Below the pieces are notes generated by a model. The model saw only the letters and a list, made by a program, of their open reading frames with translations, did no database searches and was not told the DNA's origin. From an uncultured Verrucomicrobiae bacterium (lineage in GTDB: Bacteria; Verrucomicrobiota; Verrucomicrobiia; Chthoniobacterales; UBA10450), in the NCBI GenBank assembly GCA_963772365.1, contig CAVYXA010000001.1:1024001-1088000 (forward strand): 64,000 bases of DNA. Direction: 5' to 3'. Shown piece after piece: positions 32,162-41,566 of this stretch. Position numbers and translations under genes: made by a program. Numbering within the stretch: position 1 is the stretch's first letter; each line of letters starts with the position of its first letter.

Positions 32162-34371
32162 TCGTGCTTCGTCACTGCTTCTGTGAGTTCCTTGCATCTT
32201 TTCAGATCCAATTTTCCCGAAGCCAGAACAGGAATTGACTCCAGCTGCTGAACCTGTTTCGGGATCCACAAATTGGGAACACCGGCTTCACGCAGCTTAT
32301 GGCGCAATTGGGCAAGATCGACATCTACTGCGCTTAAAAGCACCAGCGCTTCGCCCTTTTGCTCGTCTTGCACACCCATGATCGCAAACGGGCGTTCCTC
32401 TCGTCCGCTGAAACCGAGAAGATCGACAATTTTCATTTCCACCGCTTCGTGTGGCACCATCTCGCCCCCGATTTTTGAAAAACGCGACAGGCGGCCTTCG
32501 ATATAAAGAAACCCATCTTCGTCAAACCGACCGATGTCTCCGGACTTCAACCAGCCATGGCGCAAGACTTCGTTCGTCTGCTCGGGATCGTCCAAATAGC
32601 CTTCAAAAATATTCACCCCACGCAGCCAGACCATTCCAGTTTCCTGCAACGAAAGTTTTCTGTCGGTTTCCGGGTCGCGAATCTCGGCGGCGATGCCGGG
32701 CGCCATTTTTCCGACGGAACCAAGGCGGCTCGACGGCTGGATCTGCTCGGCGGGTTTAGTCGGCTCCGGCTCAGGCAGGTTCACACTCACTACCGGCGAA
32801 GTCTCGGTGAGACCATATCCTTCGAACACACGCTGATCGAAGCGTTCCTCGAAATGCCTGGCCAGATCGAGCGGCAATTTTTCCGCCCCGGTAATCACGA
32901 GTCGCAAACTGCGGAACTGATCTGGCTCGGCCTTCCGCAAGTAAAGTCGCAGAAACGTGGGCGTGGCGAGCAACAACGTAAGTTTGTATTTTTGAATCAA
33001 GGCCGCGTTCTTCGCCGCATCGAGCGGATTGGGGTAGGTCACAATCGGCACGCCCTCGACCAGCGGATACCAAAGTGTAACCGTCGATCCGAAACTATGG
33101 AAAAACGGGAGCGACGCGAGAATGCCATCGCTTTTTTTGAGATCGAGCAGGTCGCAGAACTGGGAGACGTTACCAGCGATGTTGCGATGACTAAGGACCA
33201 CTCCTTTTGGCTCGCCAGTGCTTCCGCTTGTAAAAAGCAATGTCGCTTCGGCATGTCCACCCATTTTTGGAATCTGCAATAGACGCAAAAGCAGCGGCGT
33301 TGGCAGCAGGGTCGACATCACCCACCACAAAATGATCGGACGCTTCAGCCGGGGCATAACTTCATCGAGTTTGAGGACATTTTTTGGCCATGGAAAATCT
33401 TTCAATCTCTCCATGAAGGGCGTAGCCGAGATCACGACCTTTAGGTTGGCTCTTCTGCAACACGATTCATTCGCTGACCGGCCCATGGTGAAATTTAGAT
33501 CGACAGGTACTTTGCCCGCCAGAGTGACGGCCAGATTCGCTACCATGGATCCTTTGCTCGCAGGCAAAACGATTGCGATGCGCTCGTCGCGAAATTCCCG
33601 CCGCAAATAACGGCTCAATGCTGCAGCCGCCCCGAGTAATTTCGAGCGACTCAAGCTGCTGTGATCAACACCATCGACAACGGCGGTTCGGAAAGGCCCG
33701 TTTTTTAGCCCACGAAGACAAGCCTCAGCAAGATGTCGATCCAACTTGGACTGTCGGCTGTAACAAAACTCCCCGAGCTTGAGCAATTCTTCTCGCAGCG
33801 TGGGAAGTTCCGCCTCATCTGGCTTCAATGGCTTACCGAAGGCCACTGTAACCGGGTAGGGAATTCGCCGCGGCCATTTGGTGAAGAATCTCCCGCCTTG
33901 GAAGGAAAAAATTGATCCCCAGAGTTGATCCAGCCAGACTGGGACTACCGGTGCATCCGCGTGGCGCGCGATGAGTTCAAAACCACGTCTTAAACGTAAA
34001 AGCGTACCCGAACGTTCGAGTTGGCCCTCGGGAAAAACACAAACGATCTCGCCTTCTCGGATCTTTTTCGCCGCCGCCCGAATGGCAGCGTGAGAACGGC
34101 GGATGTCGATAGGGATACATCCGACAAGCCGTAAGAAGGGCTTTAGCAATGGCTTGTAATAAAATTCCTGATCGACGACATAACGAATTGGTCTTTGGTA
34201 AGCAAGTTGCAGTATAATGGCATCGACCCAGGTGATGTGGTTGGGCAAGAGGAGGAATCCGCCGCCGGGAAGATTTTCCAATCCATGAGCGGCGACCCGA
34301 TACACACAGCGTGCCAGAAGCCGGCCCATACCGTAAACGAGACGCTCGGCTAACGAAACACGATTCACCAT
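32158..34371 (-). CDS. aas: Aas-like acyltransferase / acyl-ACP synthetase
   Basis: PNHITWVD and FPEG; AMP-binding FTSGSTGEPKG, EGYGLTE, SGDIG, SGKLD. Confidence 0.85.
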   Translation of the reverse strand: MVNRVSLAERLVYGMGRLLARCVYRVAAHGLENLPGGGFLLLPNHITWVDAIILQLAYQRPIRYVVDQEFYYKPLLKPFLRLVGCIPIDIRRSHAAIRAAAKKIREGEIVCVFPEGQLERSGTLLRLRRGFELIARHADAPVVPVWLDQLWGSIFSFQGGRFFTKWPRRIPYPVTVAFGKPLKPDEAELPTLREELLKLGEFCYSRQSKLDRHLAEACLRGLKNGPFRTAVVDGVDHSSLSRSKLLGAAAALSRYLRREFRDERIAIVLPASKGSMVANLAVTLAGKVPVDLNFTMGRSANESCCRRANLKVVISATPFMERLKDFPWPKNVLKLDEVMPRLKRPIILWWVMSTLLPTPLLLRLLQIPKMGGHAEATLLFTSGSTGEPKGVVLSHRNIAGNVSQFCDLLDLKKSDGILASLPFFHSFGSTVTLWYPLVEGVPIVTYPNPLDAAKNAALIQKYKLTLLLATPTFLRLYLRKAEPDQFRSLRLVITGAEKLPLDLARHFEERFDQRVFEGYGLTETSPVVSVNLPEPEPTKPAEQIQPSSRLGSVGKMAPGIAAEIRDPETDRKLSLQETGMVWLRGVNIFEGYLDDPEQTNEVLRHGWLKSGDIGRFDEDGFLYIEGRLSRFSKIGGEMVPHEAVEMKIVDLLGFSGREERPFAIMGVQDEQKGEALVLLSAVDVDLAQLRHKLREAGVPNLWIPKQVQQLESIPVLASGKLDLKRCKELTEAVTKHE

Positions 34372-34426
34372 TATTTAAGGATTTACATTTCCCGTGCGGT
34401 CATTTATCTGCAATCGGCAATTGTCC

Positions 34427-35710
34427 ATGCAACCGGCCGATAGAACAGGCAATCGGGCTGCAATCGCGCTGTGGTTGCTGCTTGCCATCAATCTCTTTAA
34501 TTACATCGACCGCTACATCCTGGCTGCGGTTTTGCCAAGGATTCGCCAAGAATTTTTGGCTGGCGATCCGAATCAGTTTGCCAAAGCTGGCTGGCTGTTT
34601 CCGGCATTCCTCCTCAGTTACCTGTGCGCGGCGCCTCTCTTCGGCTGGCTGGCAGACCGGGTGTCGCGCTGGTGGCTAATCGCTATCAGCGTTGGGATCT
34701 GGAGTCTGGCTAGCGGTTGGTCAGGCCTGGCCGTTTCGTTTGCGATATTGCTTTGCACACGCACGTTGGTGGGGATTGGTGAAGCCGGATATGGCCCAGC
34801 CGCACCGACGATTTTGTCCGATCTGTATCCACTCGAACGGCGCGGTAGGATTCTTTCATACTTCTACCTGGCGATGCCTGTAGGGGCGGCGCTTGGCTAT
34901 GCCTTTGGCGGTAAAATTTCTGACCTGCTGGGGTGGCGCTCGGCGTTTTACCTGGTCGTAGCACCCGGGTTGATCCTGGCGGGCCTTTGTTTGTTGATGC
35001 GTGATCCTCGCGCAGGATCGACATGGCCAGCTCAGAAAAATCGCCCCACCGCACGTGATTACACGGCCCTGATTCGCAACAAATCGTACGTGATCAATAC
35101 CGCCGCGATGACGGCACTCGTCTTCGCAATTGGCGGAATGTCTGCATGGGTACCGGACTACATTTTCTCGGAACGGGGACACGAATTCGCCGCCAGCCAA
35201 AACCTGCTGGGCAATATCAATCTAACCTTTGGCGCAATCACCGCCGCGGCAGGGTTTCTGGGTACATTGCTCGGTGGCTGGATAGGCGACTGCCTGCGCA
35301 AGCGATATGCCAGCGCTTACTTCTTGATCTCCGGCGTCGCCATGTTGCTGGCGTTTCCGGCCACGATCGCGATGCTGCATGTGCGTTTTCCCGGCGCCTG
35401 GATTTGCATTTTTCTGTCGGTTTTCTTCCTGTTTTTCAATACCGGTCCTGCGAACACTGCGCTTGTGAATGTTACGCTTCCAAACGTGCGCTCCGCTGCA
35501 TTCGGCCTCAACATCTTCCTGATTCACTTGTTTGGCGATGCTGCTTCACCGCCACTCATTGGTGCTATCCGCGATCGGTCGAGCATGAAGGCTGGCTTTC
35601 TGGTGGTTTCTTTCGCGATTCTCATTGCGGCGCTGCTTTGGTTTTGGGGCACAAAATATCTCGCCGCCGACACGGAGGCAGTCGAGAAGAGTACCCAGAC
35701 CTCTTCCTAG
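34427..35710 (+). CDS. MFS transporter (Spinster-like)
   Basis: INLFNYIDR, GWLADRVSR, RTLVGIGEAGY. Confidence 0.88.
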   Translation: MQPADRTGNRAAIALWLLLAINLFNYIDRYILAAVLPRIRQEFLAGDPNQFAKAGWLFPAFLLSYLCAAPLFGWLADRVSRWWLIAISVGIWSLASGWSGLAVSFAILLCTRTLVGIGEAGYGPAAPTILSDLYPLERRGRILSYFYLAMPVGAALGYAFGGKISDLLGWRSAFYLVVAPGLILAGLCLLMRDPRAGSTWPAQKNRPTARDYTALIRNKSYVINTAAMTALVFAIGGMSAWVPDYIFSERGHEFAASQNLLGNINLTFGAITAAAGFLGTLLGGWIGDCLRKRYASAYFLISGVAMLLAFPATIAMLHVRFPGAWICIFLSVFFLFFNTGPANTALVNVTLPNVRSAAFGLNIFLIHLFGDAASPPLIGAIRDRSSMKAGFLVVSFAILIAALLWFWGTKYLAADTEAVEKSTQTSS

Positions 35711-37503
35711 GGCGCAGTCTGGGCGTCGAGGTGCACGTCGTAGGCGTTCGCTTTGGCCAGAGCTATCGAGGCTGCTTCTTCCCGGCCATCTTTCGCCAAC
35801 AAGTGGCTGAGCAGTTGCCAGGTTTCCGCACGATACCATTCCGTGCGCAGACAGTTTTCCAACTCATCAATTGCTTTTTTCGTCGCGCCAGCCTCATCCA
35901 GCACTTTGACATAGCGTTTTTCGATCGACCAATTCGGCGGACCTGTCCTCGCTGCCAACCGAAGACGCAACAAATCGACCGTGCCTTTTTCCTTGTAGTT
36001 GAGCACCGCAAGAAGTTCGTGTGCCTGAGCATCGACAGCAGGCATCTGCGTGGCGCTGTTGAGGAGTTCCCGCGCCAGCCTGAAGTCATTTTGCTTTAGC
36101 GCAACCGCAGCGAGATTCAACACAGCCAGCGGCTCATTGGGCGATTTTTGAAGCGCTTCGTGCAGATGTATAGCTGCATCCGAGAGTTTGCCCTCATTGA
36201 TTTCCGCTCCCGCCAGGTTGATCAGCATCCGGGCGGAACGTCCGCCGCTGGCAATGGTCCGTTCGACAAATGTGCGCTGGTCTTTCCAATCGAACGCCCT
36301 GGCAAAACTGCGGACCCCCAGAAATAGGATCCACAAAAAAATAATTGTCAGAAAAGCAGCCCGGATTGTCGATCCTCTGCGGGAAAAAAAATCAATGCCC
36401 TCGATGGCTACGGCCAGGAAAAGAAATGCAGAAGGTAAATAGAGCCAGTGCTCCGCAACAGTCGCGTTCAAGGCTACGATCCCGCTCACCGGCAGATAAG
36501 TGATGATCGCAAGGATCAGACAGGCGAAAACAGGAGGACAGCGGTGGCGAGCGTTGGCCATCCAATACACAATGCCGGCCGCAAGCAGGATCCCGAGCAG
36601 CGTTTGCAATTCACGCCGGGCGGCCCGGCTTAAACTCGGATCGTTGAAGCCAGTCGGATGCGTCTCGACATCTCGGTCCATGTGAAGGTTAACCGGCAGC
36701 AGAATCAGTCCTGCATATTCCGCCAGGGCACGCGCGATGATGATGGGTCTGACTGATGCTGGCGCTGGCTGATGAACTACCGGTGGCTGAACGTGCTCAG
36801 CCGGAAGCCGCAGGCTCACATACACGACACCCACACAGACTGCGACCACAATAGTCTTGAATATTGCCTTCCAATTTCTTCCAACAGCAAGAAGGGACAT
36901 CGTAAGAACCGGAAAAATCAGGCCGGATTCCTTACTCAATCCGCTGAGTAAAAAGAGCGCCACAGCAGCGATGAGAAGTAAAAATTTATTTCTCGGAGTT
37001 GTCCGGACACTTCGCAGAACGAGATAAGATCCAAGAAAGCCAAAAAGGGCCGCCAAAGGATCGGCCCGGCCAGAAACATAAGCGACAGCGGCACTGTGCG
37101 CCGGGTGGATCGCCCAGACCAGCGCCGGAAAGAAAGCAATGAGACGGCGCCTTGGTAAGCCGATCCCAAAACTTAGAAGAAGCTCTTCCGCGAAAAAAAA
37201 GAGCGCGATCGACGCAGCGATATGACAAGCAATACTCGTCACATGATATACGGCGGGATGGAAGATGAACCCGGCGTACTCGAATGTGTAGCTGAGGCGT
37301 TGAATGGGTCGGTAAAAATTTGAAGCCGTGGCGTCTGTGAACAGATAATGATTGAATCCTTCCGGAATCAGCCGCCAGCTTCGGATCAAAGGATCGCGCA
37401 GGATGAGCGCGGTATCATCCCAGACGAAATCATTTTGCAACGCGGGAGCGTAGGTCGCGGTCACAGCAATCGCGATTAGGAGAACGGCGATCCATTTTTT
37501 CAT
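35707..37503 (-). CDS. TMTC-like GT-C glycosyltransferase with C-terminal TPR
   Basis: FVWDD, FYRP, HPAHSAAV, SKE, AEHWLYLPS; TPR-like helices; start MKKW after the REP. Confidence 0.8.
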   Translation of the reverse strand: MKKWIAVLLIAIAVTATYAPALQNDFVWDDTALILRDPLIRSWRLIPEGFNHYLFTDATASNFYRPIQRLSYTFEYAGFIFHPAVYHVTSIACHIAASIALFFFAEELLLSFGIGLPRRRLIAFFPALVWAIHPAHSAAVAYVSGRADPLAALFGFLGSYLVLRSVRTTPRNKFLLLIAAVALFLLSGLSKESGLIFPVLTMSLLAVGRNWKAIFKTIVVAVCVGVVYVSLRLPAEHVQPPVVHQPAPASVRPIIIARALAEYAGLILLPVNLHMDRDVETHPTGFNDPSLSRAARRELQTLLGILLAAGIVYWMANARHRCPPVFACLILAIITYLPVSGIVALNATVAEHWLYLPSAFLFLAVAIEGIDFFSRRGSTIRAAFLTIIFLWILFLGVRSFARAFDWKDQRTFVERTIASGGRSARMLINLAGAEINEGKLSDAAIHLHEALQKSPNEPLAVLNLAAVALKQNDFRLARELLNSATQMPAVDAQAHELLAVLNYKEKGTVDLLRLRLAARTGPPNWSIEKRYVKVLDEAGATKKAIDELENCLRTEWYRAETWQLLSHLLAKDGREEAASIALAKANAYDVHLDAQTAP

Positions 37504-37538
37504 CCGTGAGTTGCGATCACCGCGCTGATAGCTGCTAT

Positions 37539-37620
37539 TGTCATCCTGAGCGAAGTCGGCGGATCCCGGCACACTGCCACCTGACAGCGCAACGGGATTC
37601 CTCGATTCCGCTCGGAATGA
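37539..37620. repeat. REP-like family A pair
   Basis: tgtcatcctgagcgaagtc ... gattccgctcggaatga. Confidence 0.75.
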
Positions 37621-37631
37621 GAGATTCATGT

Positions 37632-38378
37632 ATGAGGTTGTTCGTGGGAATCTATCTGGCTGCCTTGGTCGGGAGCAATGCTTGTGCCGATGGCCTCCCG
37701 AAGGATTGCACCCAGCTAATTGTCGCCGTCGCTCCGACCTGGGATTCTATGCGCGGGCGGTTGCGATTACTTGAGCGACAGCAAGGCGGCGAATGGAAAA
37801 CGGCGGGTGGACCTTTCCCCGTGCTCTTTGGCAAGAACGGCGTTGCCTGGGGCAGGGGCCTGGCTGGTCAGAATGAAACCGGTTTACGAAAAAAAGAACG
37901 CGATGGGCGCGCACCAGCGGGAATTTTTCGGATCGGCAAAATCTACACCTACGATGCGAACTTGCCGAAGGGAGCGGATTATCCGTTTCACCAGGTCACG
38001 ACAGCTGACGCCTGGATCGACGATGTGAATAGCGCCGATTACAATCAGTTTGTCACGATCGACAATCCTGCGAATCCCCCACCCTGGTTCGAAAAGCAGA
38101 AGATGCGGCACCACGATTTCGCCTACCGCTGGCTGGTAGAAATTCGGCATAACTCCGATCCGCCCGTTCCGGGAGCGGGCAGCGCGATTTTTTTTCATAT
38201 TCGGCGCGGGGTCAATCGGCCAACGACTGGTTGCACCACGATGGCCGAGGCGGATTTGGTGAAATTAATCGTTTGGCTGCGAGCGGCGCGCGATCCTTGT
38301 TACGCACTATTAACGGCAAGCGAGTATGAAAAGAAATGGAAACAGTGGAACCTGCCGCCACCGACGGTGTTCCATTGA
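37632..38378 (+). CDS. L,D-transpeptidase (YkuD-like) family exported protein
   Basis: KKERDGRAPAG, GSAIFFH...PTTGC (His...Cys). Confidence 0.82.
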   Translation: MRLFVGIYLAALVGSNACADGLPKDCTQLIVAVAPTWDSMRGRLRLLERQQGGEWKTAGGPFPVLFGKNGVAWGRGLAGQNETGLRKKERDGRAPAGIFRIGKIYTYDANLPKGADYPFHQVTTADAWIDDVNSADYNQFVTIDNPANPPPWFEKQKMRHHDFAYRWLVEIRHNSDPPVPGAGSAIFFHIRRGVNRPTTGCTTMAEADLVKLIVWLRAARDPCYALLTASEYEKKWKQWNLPPPTVFH

Positions 38379-38435
38379 TTAACAATTAATAATTCATCGC
38401 TTGCATCGACACCGTAACTTTCTAGTAATTCCCCC

Positions 38436-38675
38436 ATGCGAAAACGTCCTAATCCAGATTCAGAGGAAAATATCCGGCGGATCGATACCAAGGCCCGCGC
38501 CAAAAAGCAGACGCACGGCTTTCAAGTCCATTTCCTCCGTGGCAAGAAAACCGTGACCAGAATGTTTAGCGATAGTTTGTACGGCGGGAAAGAAGGCGCC
38601 AGACGGGCCGCCCGAAAATTCCGGAACAGCACGCTACGGAAGTTGCCCAAGAAGCGGTCGGGCGGCTTTCGCTGA
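38436..38675 (+). CDS. Small basic AP2-domain-like DNA-binding protein
   Basis: GFQVHFLRGKKTVTRMFSDSLYGGKEGARRAARKFRN fits the AP2 three-strand plus helix pattern. Confidence 0.65.
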   Translation: MRKRPNPDSEENIRRIDTKARAKKQTHGFQVHFLRGKKTVTRMFSDSLYGGKEGARRAARKFRNSTLRKLPKKRSGGFR

Positions 38676-38712
38676 GAATCATCGCGATTCGCTTGGGCAC
38701 TTAGCGGAGAGG

Positions 38713-40053
38713 TTAGCCGCGACTTCGCTCGCGATACGCTTTCCAACACTCCACAAAGGCCGGCGCGAAATCGTCAGGACGCGCTGCAATCCAGCCGTTC
38801 ACCGTATCGGGATGAAAGAAAGCGCCCGCCTCAATCTCGGCGCGATTGGGGCGGATTTCGCCCATCGCTTTCCCTTGAAAAAGCAAGATGAACTCCTGGT
38901 TCGTCCGCCGGGAAGCCGAAAGCTTGAGACATTTTTCCAAGGGAACAGTAATCCCTAGCTCCTCCTTCAGTTCCCGCCGAGCCGTTTCCTGATAATCCTC
39001 GCCGGCCGAAACGTGACCTGCGGCACTCGAATCCCATCGAAGTGGATTTCGATCCTTTTCGCGGGAACGCAACTGGAGGTAAATCCGGCCCAACGGGTCG
39101 AAAATGAAGATGTGGACGGCGCGATGACGCAAGTTATTCCCATGCGCTTCGAAGCGGTAGGCGTAGCGCAGGATACGATCCATTTCATCGACGATAGGGA
39201 AACGCTCCTGCTGCGAGGAATGAGCTTGTCCGGGCCAGAGCGGTGCTGCGAGATTTGTTAAGCCAATCCATTGTCCGAGTGACAGATCCTCTGCTCGAGC
39301 TTTGGCATCAAAACCGAGTAAGCCTGCGGCGCGCTCCCAGTTCGGCACCGCCGCGCGAAGTAATTTCTGTAATTGCTTACGTCTTTGAGAAAAACCAAAC
39401 CGAACCAGCTTCACGAACAGTTCGTTGTCGCGCGCAGGTAGTTCTCTCGGATCGCGCGGAGTGATTCGGATCAGCGCAGAATCGACATTCGGTTCCGGAA
39501 CAAAAACCGTTGAGGGAATGGTTCTCAGATATTCCACACGGTAATGCAATTGCACCATTAAGGTTAGCGCGCCATAATCCTTGGTTGAGGGCGAAGCCGA
39601 AAGACGCAACGCGAGCTCCTTCTGTAACGTCAACACACACAATGCGATAGGAGTGGGATACGCGAGATATTTGAAAAGGAGCGGGCTGGAAATCTTGTAG
39701 GGAAGATTGCCTAACATTTTTGCGACCGGCTGTGCAAACAACGATTGCACATCGAAATCCAGTGCATCCATGTTGCGAACTTCCAGACGTTCGTCACTCA
39801 ATCGCTCACGCAGAAAATTTGAGAGACGCGTGTCTTTCTCGATTGCCAACAACCGCGGCCCCTTTTTTAAGATTAATTCCGTCAGGGCTCCTAACCCGGG
39901 CCCAATTTCCAAAACAAAATCCTCCGGCTTCAGATCGGCCTGATCAACAATCCAGCGAGCCAGATTTTGGTCGTGCAGGAAATTCTGGCCCAGCGTTTTC
40001 ACCGGTGAGACGCGGATCTCGCGAAGTGTGGCGTTGATCTCGGAGAGCTTCAT
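38713..40053 (-). CDS. rsmA: 16S rRNA dimethyladenosine transferase fused to a C-terminal NUDIX (IDI-like) domain
   Basis: LGQNFL, LEIGPGLG, GNLPY; C-terminal HRAVH and GHVSAGEDYQETARRELKEELG Nudix box. Confidence 0.92.
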   Translation of the reverse strand: MKLSEINATLREIRVSPVKTLGQNFLHDQNLARWIVDQADLKPEDFVLEIGPGLGALTELILKKGPRLLAIEKDTRLSNFLRERLSDERLEVRNMDALDFDVQSLFAQPVAKMLGNLPYKISSPLLFKYLAYPTPIALCVLTLQKELALRLSASPSTKDYGALTLMVQLHYRVEYLRTIPSTVFVPEPNVDSALIRITPRDPRELPARDNELFVKLVRFGFSQRRKQLQKLLRAAVPNWERAAGLLGFDAKARAEDLSLGQWIGLTNLAAPLWPGQAHSSQQERFPIVDEMDRILRYAYRFEAHGNNLRHRAVHIFIFDPLGRIYLQLRSREKDRNPLRWDSSAAGHVSAGEDYQETARRELKEELGITVPLEKCLKLSASRRTNQEFILLFQGKAMGEIRPNRAEIEAGAFFHPDTVNGWIAARPDDFAPAFVECWKAYRERSRG

Positions 40054-40097
40054 AGGAAGATCGACAATGGGCTGCTGATCTCTGGAATTCCGAAAGC

Positions 40098-40162
40098 TTG
40101 TTCACAAAACTGGTGTGAACAAACTGGGCTGGGACAATAATCTTATTCACAAGTTATCCACG
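40098..40162. promoter_or_regulatory. Cluster of four DnaA-box-like 9-mers
   Basis: TTGTTCACA 40098, TGTGAACAA 40114, TTATTCACA 40143, TTATCCACG 40154 (consensus TTWTNCACA). Confidence 0.55.
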
Positions 40163-40232
40163 GGTAAATCATTCCCTTCTTTGCCGCCCCCTCCCAGCGG
40201 CAAGCTGGCCTAATCCGTAGCCTGGCAGAATC

Positions 40233-41303
40233 TCATTTGCCTGCGGGCAGAGCTCGATGCGCCTGTTTCTTGCGACTTGTCAGATAGGTCCGGCGCGCCT
40301 CTTTCAGGGTCACGCCTTCGAGAAAGTAAGCAGTGGCAGCGCGCCCGATAGCATAGGTGCCGGCGCCAGCTACCATTCCGCAAACCACGTTCCCCCACCC
40401 TGGAAAGAACTTCAGCAGCGCCCGGGTGCCCTCTCGCAGCAGCATTCCAGCGCCGACATTCGCTCCCAATGCGCCAATGAATTCGGTGGCCGCACGCAGG
40501 CTTCGCTCCCGACCACTGATATACATGATCCCAGAAACCATCACCAGCTGGAGAGTCGTGAGAATCGGCAGATCAGCCAATGGAATCGGTTGGGCTCCGA
40601 TAGCTGTGCATATCGCTGTCGTCGACTTTACCAAAATCTGAGCCACATGGTGTTGGGCCTCACGGTCGTGCGAAATCCGAATCATTTCGATTTTGGCTTC
40701 ATTCGGCAGCTCTTGGGTCAAGATCGACATCAGCCGGGCCGCATCGGCCGAACCGGTTTGGCCAAGCTGTATCGTCGCGAGCAGCCGACTACGGACGCCA
40801 CTGGGCGCATGAAGCTCTTTCTCCATGAGCGTGCCGTTCTTTTGGGACCCCAGGGACAAGGCGATGATTTTTGTGGCACTCGGAACCAATTCGCCGAAAG
40901 CGGACCCAACAGCGGCCAAATCGTTTCCAATGAGGAAAACGAGGTCAGCGGGCTGACGTTTTAGTTCGTAGCTGATCTCATCCATCGCAGAGTCATCCGG
41001 TTCTCGCGCGTCCAGAATTGCGATCGAACCCTGGTCGTCGATCTTCCAATCCGCCCATCGATGGACTGGAGTTACCGCCATACTGATCTGCTCATCAGGC
41101 GAAGAAGAGAAAACGGCCTGGACTATTTCTGGCATTGGCAACTTGCCGGACCCGACGAACAGAAAGCGCGGCGGACGCTGTGCCAGAAATAGCTCCTTGA
41201 GCGGGGTCAGCTCACTCAAGATCGGGCGCCGGATTCCGTCCGGCAGTTTCCCGATCAGCCCTTCGAGCCGCTCCACAATATGCAAGAGTGCAGTTTGATT
41301 CAT
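40233..41303 (-). CDS. YcjF/DUF697-like protein
   Basis: IGAQPIPLADLPILTTLQ and LKFFPGWG...AGAGTYAIG C-terminal pattern. Confidence 0.7.
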   Translation of the reverse strand: MNQTALLHIVERLEGLIGKLPDGIRRPILSELTPLKELFLAQRPPRFLFVGSGKLPMPEIVQAVFSSSPDEQISMAVTPVHRWADWKIDDQGSIAILDAREPDDSAMDEISYELKRQPADLVFLIGNDLAAVGSAFGELVPSATKIIALSLGSQKNGTLMEKELHAPSGVRSRLLATIQLGQTGSADAARLMSILTQELPNEAKIEMIRISHDREAQHHVAQILVKSTTAICTAIGAQPIPLADLPILTTLQLVMVSGIMYISGRERSLRAATEFIGALGANVGAGMLLREGTRALLKFFPGWGNVVCGMVAGAGTYAIGRAATAYFLEGVTLKEARRTYLTSRKKQAHRALPAGK

Positions 41304-41337
41304 TTCAGGGCCTTAAATGTTGCACCAAGTGAAAGTC

Positions 41338-41429
41338 TGTCATTCTGAGCGAAGCGAAGAATCTCAAATCATTTTTGACGTCCTTACCTGGGCAATAGAA
41401 GGAGATGTTTCGTTTCGCTCAATATGACA
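41338..41429. repeat. REP-like family A pair
   Basis: tgtcattctgagcgaagcgaagaatctc ... gagatgtttcgtttcgctcaatatgaca. Confidence 0.85.
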
Positions 41430-41566
41430 ATGTGGTTAACCGCAAACTCAGGGTTCGACAATTCAACACGCCAAGTCATTCGTCATTTCATACTGTCGAT
41501 CGTACGAAAACGCACGCGCACGAAATTCAGGTTTCCAACTCTGCCAGGCTCCGATAAAAATCTAGG

